A stretch of 64,000 nt of DNA from IMG/VR virus record IMGVR_UViG_3300032011_004028, positions 1 to 64,000 of that record. One strand, 5' to 3'. A model generated the notes under the pieces. That model was not told where the DNA came from. It was given only the letters and a program-made list of their open reading frames with translations, and did no database searches. Within the stretch, counting starts at the first letter, position 1. Each line of letters opens with the position of its first letter. Made by a program: the position numbers and the translations under genes. Shown in pieces: positions 26,141 through 34,069 of the stretch. Source of the DNA: a virus (lineage: Duplodnaviria; Caudoviricetes).

Positions 26141-28555
26141 ATGGAAATAAAAGTAAAAAAAAGAAACGGAAAACTAGAACAATTCGACGTAGAAAAGATA
26201 AATAAATGCGTTTATCGTGCTTGCGCAGGTATTGACGGAAACAACGTGTCAGCCAGCGAGGTCATTCTCGACGCTCAATTACAACTTTACGACAAAATCA
26301 CAACTAAGGAGATTGATGAAGCTCTGATTCTGTCAGCTCGCGCTAAGATAGAAAAAGAGCCCAACTACAGCAATGTCGCGTCAGCTTTGGCGGTAAACGC
26401 TCTTTACAAGGAAGTTTTTAGAGAAAGCGTCGACTCCGACACCTTCGACCTGCAATACAAAAAATCTTTTGTTCAAGGTGTCAAGAAGCTAGTAAAGAAC
26501 GAGATCTTAAATGAAAAACTTTTAGATTACGACCTTAAGAAACTATCTGAAGCTATTGCGCCAGAAAGAGATAAGAAATTTAAATATCTTGGATTACAAA
26601 TTTTAATAGATAGATATTTCATCCGCACTAATAATAAAATAATTGAATCGCCTCAAGCGTTCTGGATGAGAATAGCAATGGGGTTAGCTTTAAATGAAGA
26701 AAACAAAGAAGAAAGAGCAATTGAGTTCTACAACCTATTTAGCAATCTGCTATACACTCCTTCCACTCCTACATTATTCAATAGCGGAACTACTCACTCA
26801 CAACTAAGTTCATGTTACCTAAATACATTTGATGACAGCATTGACGGAATATTCGAAGGGGTCTGGCAAGAAGCCAGAAAAAGTAAGTACGCTGGAGGTC
26901 TTGGCTTTGACGTTACTAATTTTCGTGCTTCTGGGGCTTATATCAAAGGCACAAACGGGATTTCTGGAGGCCTTGTGCCATGGCTCAAAATCCTCAACGA
27001 CACACTTGTCGCGGTAAACCAAGGCGGAAAAAGGCCCGGAGCTGGATGCGCCTATCTGGAGCCTTGGCATTTAGACTTTGAAGACTTTTTAAACCTCCGG
27101 AGGAACACTGGGGACGAAAGGTTACGTTGCCATGACATGAATACCGCATCATGGGTTCCTGACCTTTTTATGAAAAGGGTTCAAGAAGATGGAGATTGGT
27201 ACATGTTTTGCCCATCAGACTCTAGAGATTTGCATGAAGCTTTCGGCGATTGCTTTACGGCCGTCTATGAACAAATGGTAGATAGAGCTGAAGCAGGAGA
27301 ACTTAAAAATTTCCGTAAGGTAAAAGCAAAAGACCTGTGGAAGAAGATGTTGAAAGTTTTATTTGAAACGTCGCATCCTTGGGTGACCTTTAAAGACCCC
27401 TCTAATATTAGATACAGTAATCAACACCAAGGAACAGTCCACTCAAGTAATCTGTGCACTGAAATTCTTTTGCATACTAAACCGTCCAAATATAAAGACG
27501 GGGAAAAAGTAGAAATAGGAGAAACTGCTGTCTGTAATCTTGGTAGCGTCAATTTGAAAAACCACCTTACTGATGATGGCTTAAATAGGGATTTATTAGC
27601 GTCTACAATTAAGACTGCTATTAGACTTCTGGATAATGTAATTGATTTAAATTTTTACCCAACCAAGGAAGCCGAAAACGCTAACCTCCAACATCGACCA
27701 ATCGGACTAGGTATGATGGCGACTCATGACGTTCTACAAATTCTGGATATACAGTACGATTCAGATAAAGCTGTAAAATTTATTGATGAGCTAACTGAAT
27801 TCTTTTCTTATAACGCGATCCTGTCTTCTAGTGAATTAGCGAAGGAAAGAGGAAGTTATAAAACTTACGCAGGTTCTTTGTGGGAAAAAGGGCAATTGCC
27901 AATCGATACCTACAATGCCCTCTTAGATTTTAGAAAAAAAACTCCAAAGACACCCGTGCGGGGAAAACTTGATTGGAAAAAAGTAAGAGAACACATTTTA
28001 AAATATGGAATCAGAAATAGTAACACTATGGCAATTGCTCCTACTGCCACTATTGGTTATATTAACGGTGTGGAGCAGAGCATCGAACCGAACTTCTCGG
28101 TGATGTTCGTGTACGAATGTAAGAGTGGAAACTTTTACGTTGTTAATGAGCAGTTTGTAAACGATATGAAGAAGGAAGGGTTATGGAGCCCTCAACTTGC
28201 AGAAGCGGTTAAGGAAGTTGACGGTGATGTCATGCTTCTTGATATTCCGGAAAAGTATCGTGAAAAATATAAGACTGCTTTTGATCGCGATATGTTTAAG
28301 CTAATTGAATGTAATGCGGCTCGCCAGAAATGGATTGACCAAGGCATATCTTTTAACCTGTACAACAAGGGGACGAGTCTTAAATACTTGAACGATATTT
28401 ATATGGCCGCGTGGGAAGCCGGATTAAAAACTACCTATTACTTACGTAACAGGGGGGCATCTAAGGTTGAGAAATCAACTAAAAAAGAATATACCGAAGA
28501 AGAACAAATAGCATGCTCTATCGCCAACCCTGAAGCGTGTGAGGCTTGTCAGTAA
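26141..28555 (+). CDS. nrdA: Class Ia ribonucleotide reductase alpha subunit with ATP cone
   Basis: VKKRNG ATP cone, PSTPTLFNSG, SSCYL, SSNLCTEI, VCNLGS, IAPTATI, LKTTYYLR, C-terminal CxxC. Confidence 0.97.
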   Translation: MEIKVKKRNGKLEQFDVEKINKCVYRACAGIDGNNVSASEVILDAQLQLYDKITTKEIDEALILSARAKIEKEPNYSNVASALAVNALYKEVFRESVDSDTFDLQYKKSFVQGVKKLVKNEILNEKLLDYDLKKLSEAIAPERDKKFKYLGLQILIDRYFIRTNNKIIESPQAFWMRIAMGLALNEENKEERAIEFYNLFSNLLYTPSTPTLFNSGTTHSQLSSCYLNTFDDSIDGIFEGVWQEARKSKYAGGLGFDVTNFRASGAYIKGTNGISGGLVPWLKILNDTLVAVNQGGKRPGAGCAYLEPWHLDFEDFLNLRRNTGDERLRCHDMNTASWVPDLFMKRVQEDGDWYMFCPSDSRDLHEAFGDCFTAVYEQMVDRAEAGELKNFRKVKAKDLWKKMLKVLFETSHPWVTFKDPSNIRYSNQHQGTVHSSNLCTEILLHTKPSKYKDGEKVEIGETAVCNLGSVNLKNHLTDDGLNRDLLASTIKTAIRLLDNVIDLNFYPTKEAENANLQHRPIGLGMMATHDVLQILDIQYDSDKAVKFIDELTEFFSYNAILSSSELAKERGSYKTYAGSLWEKGQLPIDTYNALLDFRKKTPKTPVRGKLDWKKVREHILKYGIRNSNTMAIAPTATIGYINGVEQSIEPNFSVMFVYECKSGNFYVVNEQFVNDMKKEGLWSPQLAEAVKEVDGDVMLLDIPEKYREKYKTAFDRDMFKLIECNAARQKWIDQGISFNLYNKGTSLKYLNDIYMAAWEAGLKTTYYLRNRGASKVEKSTKKEYTEEEQIACSIANPEACEACQ

Positions 28556-29322
28556 TGGATTATTCTAAAGTAAATATATTCTACCCGGTTATTGGTTATA
28601 CGGGAATGGTTCATTCGGACTATATGATGAGCACTATCGATCTAATGTCCGTGTGCCGACAGCAAGGAGTAAAGATAGGACTGCGCTCTATATGGTTTGA
28701 AAGCTTAATAAGCAGGGCGCGAAACGCCTCGGTAGCTTTTATGCTAAACAAGGACTACTCTCATTTATTATTTATAGATACGGATACCCAGTTTTCTGCG
28801 TTTGACGTAATGAAGCTTATCGATGCGGACCAAGACGTAACAGTGGGGGTTTATCCGAAGAAGTACTTTAATGGCCAAAAAATAGAAGCAATGGCTTCTA
28901 CAGGTAAAATGCCCGAACACTGGAGACATTTAGCCACGGATTTTTCGACGGAGATAGAAAATGAAGAGTTAAAGAAAGCTAAAAAGCAAGATATAGTGCA
29001 AGCCAACTACGCAGCCACGGGCTTTATGTTAATAAAACGTGAATGCATAGAAAAAATAATCGCTGCTAAGCCGGAAATAAAATACGTCAATGATATTGAT
29101 GGCTATATGCAAGCTGGGGATAATTTTTATGATATCTTTCGCTGCGAAGTGAACCCCAAAACAAAGAAGTACGAAAGTGAAGATTATGGTTTCTGCAAGC
29201 TGTGGAAATCTTTAGGTGGAGAAATAAATGTCGTGACCGACATAAGTCTAGGTCACAGAGGGTTCAACACTTATATGGGAAATTTAAAACTACAATCACA
29301 TTACTATACGTCAAATGAGTGA
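28555..29322 (+). CDS. GT-A fold glycosyltransferase-like protein between nrdA and nrdB
   Basis: ESLISRARN, LLFIDTD, GVYPKK, ATGFMLIKR, SEDYGFC. Confidence 0.65.
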   Translation: MDYSKVNIFYPVIGYTGMVHSDYMMSTIDLMSVCRQQGVKIGLRSIWFESLISRARNASVAFMLNKDYSHLLFIDTDTQFSAFDVMKLIDADQDVTVGVYPKKYFNGQKIEAMASTGKMPEHWRHLATDFSTEIENEELKKAKKQDIVQANYAATGFMLIKRECIEKIIAAKPEIKYVNDIDGYMQAGDNFYDIFRCEVNPKTKKYESEDYGFCKLWKSLGGEINVVTDISLGHRGFNTYMGNLKLQSHYYTSNE

Positions 29323-30331
29323 CTCAAAGACTGGACAAATACTAGGGAAAGATATAGCTGGGGTTAATTGTATTCTACCCCACAAACACAAAACAGCTTG
29401 GGATTTATTCCTCAAAGGGTGTGCTAACAATTGGATGCCTACAGAGATTTCTATGGCTGAAGATATTAAGCAGTGGAAGAATGGAGACATTACAGATGAT
29501 GAAAAACTTTTGGTTAAACGTTCGCTTGGCTTTTTTGCTGGGAGCGAATCTCTTGTTGGGAATAATCTTTTGCTTAGTGGTTTTCGTTACATTACTGATG
29601 CTGAGTGTCGCCAGTATATTTTACGACAAGCGTTTGAGGAGAGCCTTCATAACCTTACTATTGTTTATGTTTGCGATTCTTTGGATCTTAAAATAGATGA
29701 AGTTTATCGTGCTTACGAAAACATCCCTTCTATAAAAGCTAAAGATGATTTCTTAATGGAAATTACTACCGACTTGAGCAGAAAGGATTTTAACCCGCAT
29801 ACTCAAGAAGGAAAAAAGGAAATTTTACGAAATTTTATTACTTACTGGATTGTATGTGAAGGCATATTTTTCTTTAGTGGTTTTGCTATGCTACTAGCTT
29901 TGGGGCGGCAAAATAAAATGCAAGGTATCGCGGATCAGATTAAATATACCCTACGCGACGAAAGCTCCCATATCCAGTTTGGTACCTATGCCATTAATCA
30001 AATTATAGAACAAAATCCTAAGCTTTGGTCCAAGACCTTCCAAGAAGAAATTACGGAGTGGATTAAGAAAGCAGTGGAACTAGAGATAACTTACGCCAAA
30101 GACGTGCTCCCGAGAGGAATCCTTGGACTTAATGCTGATATGTTTGTAGACTATATGCATTATATCGGCAACCGTAGGCTAGAAGGAATCGGGCTAGACT
30201 ACCGCTTCCCCAGTGACAAAAATCCCTTCCCTTGGCTTGGTGAAGTCGTTGATGTTCAAGCTATGGGGAACTTTTTTGAGCGCCGAGTGAGGGAATATCA
30301 ACAATCGGGTTCCCTTGAAGACGACTTTTGA
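29315..30331 (+). CDS. nrdB: Class I ribonucleotide reductase beta subunit
   Basis: NWMPTEI, FEESLH, CEGIFFFSGF, RDESSH, NFFERRV. Confidence 0.95.
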   Translation: MSDSKTGQILGKDIAGVNCILPHKHKTAWDLFLKGCANNWMPTEISMAEDIKQWKNGDITDDEKLLVKRSLGFFAGSESLVGNNLLLSGFRYITDAECRQYILRQAFEESLHNLTIVYVCDSLDLKIDEVYRAYENIPSIKAKDDFLMEITTDLSRKDFNPHTQEGKKEILRNFITYWIVCEGIFFFSGFAMLLALGRQNKMQGIADQIKYTLRDESSHIQFGTYAINQIIEQNPKLWSKTFQEEITEWIKKAVELEITYAKDVLPRGILGLNADMFVDYMHYIGNRRLEGIGLDYRFPSDKNPFPWLGEVVDVQAMGNFFERRVREYQQSGSLEDDF

Positions 30332-30352
30332 TGTAACATCTTATGAACGACT

Positions 30353-30544
30353 ATGTCACAATCCAAATTCTCCACAGCGGCGTTTATGTTGGGTCAAATA
30401 TCTTGCGAAATGATAGCCCTATCTCAGGAACTGAGTCAAAACCGAGGCAAAAAACTCAATGGAGAATTAACTGATTTAGACAAAATAATAAACCGCGTTG
30501 ATCGCGTTAAAAAACTAATACTTAAAAAAGATGAACTTATCTGA
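30353..30544 (+). CDS. Hypothetical protein
   Basis: 63-aa ORF. Confidence 0.5.
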   Translation: MSQSKFSTAAFMLGQISCEMIALSQELSQNRGKKLNGELTDLDKIINRVDRVKKLILKKDELI

Positions 30545-30725
30545 ATTTGAAAGGACTAAACCCACGGAAACTTACAAAGCTATCATAAAGGCAAAGGATA
30601 AGTATGAGACTTTACTTAAAGAAACCGTGATTATGGAAGATACAGATGCCGTCCGAGTGGAGATGGCTAGAGTTTTCTTAAGAGATTTAAAAGAAATTTT
30701 TCTAAAATTCAAATCTGGCAAATAA
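30531..30725 (+). CDS. Hypothetical protein
   Basis: 64-aa ORF overlapping the previous one. Confidence 0.55.
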   Translation: MNLSEFERTKPTETYKAIIKAKDKYETLLKETVIMEDTDAVRVEMARVFLRDLKEIFLKFKSGK

Positions 30726-30743
30726 TATTGTGTAACAATATAC

Positions 30744-31358
30744 ATGGCTAGTATAGCAGATCAATTCAAAGGACTCCCTATTGGGACACTCATCGCGGAA
30801 CCATTGCTTGGAGCGGCAAAAGCACAGGGTCAACTCGCTCACACGACAGAAAATTTTATAAAAGATATCGGGCTGCAAGACGACGGCAAAGGTAATCTTA
30901 GCGCACGTACCGTAGAATTTGATTATGATGCCCCAGTTGAATCTAAAGATGCAAAAGGAGCCTTAACGACAACAATCGAAAACCGTAAACTCAAAGTCCC
31001 CCTTCTCTCTATTATACAAACGCCTAACCTAGGTGTTAAAAAAGCCACCGTTGACTTCGACATGGAGGTTAAATCCAGCACTCAGGACACTAGCTCTGTT
31101 GATACTAAAACCGACCTTAGTGTCAAATATGACAACTGGTGGTCTCCTGTTAAAGTAGATTTAACCGCTTCCGTATCCACGAAAAGCGAAAACATTCGCA
31201 AGACTGATAACTCCGCCAAATATACAGTTCACGTAGAAGCGCGGGATGACGGGGCTCCAGAGGGGCTTATGAAAGTTCTTGACATTCTTGGAGCAGCTAT
31301 TCAGCCTGTTCCTGCTGGCGGAGGAAGCAACACTCCCGCCACGCCGCCTAGTAATTAA
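30744..31358 (+). CDS. DUF2589-like protein A (with Ser/Thr-rich beta-hairpin insert)
   Basis: QFKGLPIGTLIAEPLLGAAKAQ, VPLLSIIQTPNLGVKKATVDFDMEV, PEGLMKVLDIL. Confidence 0.75.
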   Translation: MASIADQFKGLPIGTLIAEPLLGAAKAQGQLAHTTENFIKDIGLQDDGKGNLSARTVEFDYDAPVESKDAKGALTTTIENRKLKVPLLSIIQTPNLGVKKATVDFDMEVKSSTQDTSSVDTKTDLSVKYDNWWSPVKVDLTASVSTKSENIRKTDNSAKYTVHVEARDDGAPEGLMKVLDILGAAIQPVPAGGGSNTPATPPSN

Positions 31359-31834
31359 TGGCTGACGATAAACTACCTTATTCAAAATCTGGATCATTTA
31401 GAGGTGCTCCGGCGCTAAAGACGTTCGATCACCTTATCCAATGTCTCTATAACTCTGTAGTTTATGCTCAACGTTATGTGGAAACTGAGCATTTAAAGCG
31501 GGTTATAGGGACGTATTTTGACGACCACGGACGTCCAGTAACCAAAAAGATAATCTTACCCACTACAGAGGGGGAACAGGAGGTGGAAATACCCATCATG
31601 ACCCTTGCTGGGCACAACCACTTAAAGATAGATAGTTTAGATATGGAGTTTGAAGTGGATTTGGGTCAATTTGAGAACTCAGATAACCATCAAAAAAGAA
31701 GAATGATAGCTATGATAGGGAGAAAAGACCCAAAAAATACCCTCGCTAAAGTTAAGCTTACAATTAAAAACGGCGACACCCCTGAAGGGATAGCTCGAAT
31801 AAACGATAAAATTGTAAAAACCATCCCTAGTTAA
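31358..31834 (+). CDS. DUF2589-like protein B (paralog of A)
   Basis: IPIMTLAGHNHLKIDSLDMEFEV, TPEGIARIND; TAATG overlap with A. Confidence 0.7.
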   Translation: MADDKLPYSKSGSFRGAPALKTFDHLIQCLYNSVVYAQRYVETEHLKRVIGTYFDDHGRPVTKKIILPTTEGEQEVEIPIMTLAGHNHLKIDSLDMEFEVDLGQFENSDNHQKRRMIAMIGRKDPKNTLAKVKLTIKNGDTPEGIARINDKIVKTIPS

Positions 31835-31846
31835 TATAATAAAAAT

Positions 31847-32083
31847 ATGGCCAGTGGTTATTTAAGATTAATGTTGGATTCAGCTCGTCGTTGCGCCTCG
31901 GCTACTCAAGACGCAGCAGAAGATGCTCGAAAAGCCTCGGAAGAAGCTAGGCACGAAGCTCAGGAGATTGATCAAATGGCTCAAGATGCAGCGTCTAAAG
32001 CTGTAGAAGCCAGTGAAAGAGTCAAAGTCCTTGAGGCTAAAGTGCTTAAACATGACAATATGGGCGATGAACCCAACACCTAA
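31847..32083 (+). CDS. Ala-rich coiled-coil small protein
   Basis: DAAEDARKASEEARHEA...AQDAASKAVEAS. Confidence 0.6.
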   Translation: MASGYLRLMLDSARRCASATQDAAEDARKASEEARHEAQEIDQMAQDAASKAVEASERVKVLEAKVLKHDNMGDEPNT

Positions 32084-32642
32084 TCTCGTTAACGACATCC
32101 CAATTACTTGCGATGGGTTTGCCCACGTTAGCTGTATAGTAGAAATCCCGAAAGGGACAAATACCAAATACGAATACAACGAGGAATATAATATTTTTGA
32201 ATTAAATAGATGCCTTGTATCATCTTTGCAGTATCCCATCAATTACGGCTTTATAAGCCAAACTTTCGCATTAGATAGGGACCCTCTAGACGTGCTTATT
32301 TTTAACCACGATCCTATAGACAGGGGAAGTTTGGTTAGGTGTAGAGTTTTGGGGGTGTTAGATTTTGTTGACAATGATGAAATAGATTATAAAGTCATAG
32401 CGGTTCCTCACTGGACGCCTAAAAGTCGCTACCCTCGCTTAAACTCTATTGAAGCGGAGCACCTTAAGATATTTAAACAGTTCTTTAGGATTTACAAAAT
32501 AGATCGCTCTGACAGCGTGAAAGTAGGAGAATGGAAGAACGGCCGGGCTGCAAGCAAGGTAGTCTCCGAGGCTCACAATCGGTGGTCTTTAAAAAAATAC
32601 GAAGAAACAAGAAAGGAAACGGAAAGACATGGGAATGTTTGA
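32067..32642 (+). CDS. ppa: Family I inorganic pyrophosphatase
   Basis: VEIPKG..KYE, YPINYGFI, DRDPLDV, DYKVIAV. Confidence 0.92.
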   Translation: MNPTPNLVNDIPITCDGFAHVSCIVEIPKGTNTKYEYNEEYNIFELNRCLVSSLQYPINYGFISQTFALDRDPLDVLIFNHDPIDRGSLVRCRVLGVLDFVDNDEIDYKVIAVPHWTPKSRYPRLNSIEAEHLKIFKQFFRIYKIDRSDSVKVGEWKNGRAASKVVSEAHNRWSLKKYEETRKETERHGNV

Positions 32643-33138
32643 CAATATAAAAGTACCTAAAGCTTATTTAAAAAGCTTATTAACTAAAGAGCAGGAAAAG
32701 TTAGTCGACAGGACTGATTTTCAAACAAAGAGTCTAGATAATTCTCTTTTTGACTATAAAGTATATAAGCAGCATCTTTTCCTAAAGAGTTCAAAAAAGA
32801 ACAGTCCTAAAGAAAAGTGGGATAAAGTTTATCATACAGGAGAAGTAACTTTCTACAACCTCCTCAAGGAAGAGGGCGACGTCTCTTATTGGGTTGTATT
32901 CCGCTTTACTTTTGAGCACGGAAAGGTAGATAAAAAAGAACTGATCACTTTGGAACTTCACCAATCACCAAAAAATTCTGACCGCGTAGTCCCAGAAGAG
33001 GAACAAGAATGGCTGTCAGAAAGAGACGCTTTTAATAAGACTTTCAAATATAAATTTTTTTTAAGGCTACTTAGAACTTTTACTCGTATCCACAACTGGA
33101 TAGCCAACAAAACTATCCCTATTCACAAGAAAAAATAA
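32629..33138 (+). CDS. Hypothetical phage protein
   Basis: MGMFDNIKV...FQTKSLDNSL. Confidence 0.6.
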   Translation: MGMFDNIKVPKAYLKSLLTKEQEKLVDRTDFQTKSLDNSLFDYKVYKQHLFLKSSKKNSPKEKWDKVYHTGEVTFYNLLKEEGDVSYWVVFRFTFEHGKVDKKELITLELHQSPKNSDRVVPEEEQEWLSERDAFNKTFKYKFFLRLLRTFTRIHNWIANKTIPIHKKK

Positions 33139-33176
33139 AGTGTAATAACCCTTGTAAACTAGCAGGAGCTTTAGTT

Positions 33177-33860
33177 ATGAAAAAAATAATTGTATTCTTC
33201 TTTATAGTAACGGCCGTCGGCGGCCAAAATGAATATAACTCAATTAACGAAAGAAACGCCTTTTCCCTAACCGAAGGAATTCTACCTCCCATCGACACAA
33301 TCCTCGCGCCCCCAAAACCCTCAGCAAAACTTTACTTAACCGGTATAATGAGATACCAAGGACTTACCAACGTCTTCCTCTACTCCAAAGATACTCCTAA
33401 AAGATTCCTCACCCTCAACCACCAACAACGGAGTGACAGCGGGATTCAGCTTCTCAGCGTAAAGAAAGGAACAGTTGAAGTCCTTAATAACGGAGTGGTG
33501 GAAAAACTCTCCTTTGCTACTCATAAAATGCCTACGACTATAGGCCCTGCCCCGGTCTTCAACCGGCCCACCGTGATAAAAAAGAGTGAGAAGGACGATA
33601 AAAATAAAAATAAAGAGAAAAAAAGTGCCCCTTCTTCTCCGCGACCTTCTGTTATTAAGGTTCCCTCTCGCCAACCCAAGGTAGACCCAAGTATAATTCA
33701 GAAGAGTCTGGAGTACTTGAGCAAAACAGAAGATAAAGAAAAAAGAGAATACCTCATCCAAAGACTGGAACTGCTTCAAAGTAGCCAAAACAATCTCGAT
33801 AGAAAAATTGACACTAATGAAAGACGTCGCCAATACGATGAGCGTCGGCGCGACAAATGA
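33177..33860 (+). CDS. Exported/membrane-anchored hypothetical protein (GspC/PilP-like beta domain)
   Basis: N-terminal MKKIIVFFFIVTAVGG; ERNAFSL, LYLTGI, VEVLNNG..EKLSF; Pro/Lys linker. Confidence 0.5.
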   Translation: MKKIIVFFFIVTAVGGQNEYNSINERNAFSLTEGILPPIDTILAPPKPSAKLYLTGIMRYQGLTNVFLYSKDTPKRFLTLNHQQRSDSGIQLLSVKKGTVEVLNNGVVEKLSFATHKMPTTIGPAPVFNRPTVIKKSEKDDKNKNKEKKSAPSSPRPSVIKVPSRQPKVDPSIIQKSLEYLSKTEDKEKREYLIQRLELLQSSQNNLDRKIDTNERRRQYDERRRDK

Positions 33861-34069
33861 ATATCCCCAAAGAAGGACTAATAGAGTTTGTTAATTTTGT
33901 TAATGAGTGTTGCGCTGTTATGGAGGATAGTTATGTGGCTGAATGGCTCAATAAGCCTCATCCAGATTTGAACATGGACAGTCCTATGGATCTAGTTAAT
34001 GATGAAGCCGGTAGAGAGAAACTTTATCGCCTCCTTTATTTTATTGATATAAACGAAGCTGACCTTTAA
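33857..34069 (+). CDS. Stand-alone Xre/MbcA/ParS-type antitoxin C-terminal domain (DUF2384-like)
   Basis: AEWLNKPHPDLNMDSPMDLVNDEAGREKLYRLL matches the W-L-x-x-P-x3-L-x3-P-x-DL-x5-G pattern. Confidence 0.6.
   Translation: MNIPKEGLIEFVNFVNECCAVMEDSYVAEWLNKPHPDLNMDSPMDLVNDEAGREKLYRLLYFIDINEADL

Noticed and set aside
26141-30331. Inteins, introns or homing endonucleases in nrdA, nrdB, dnaB or recA
   Set aside because: Lengths are normal and I saw no intein termini or LAGLIDADG/HNH/GIY-YIG motifs.
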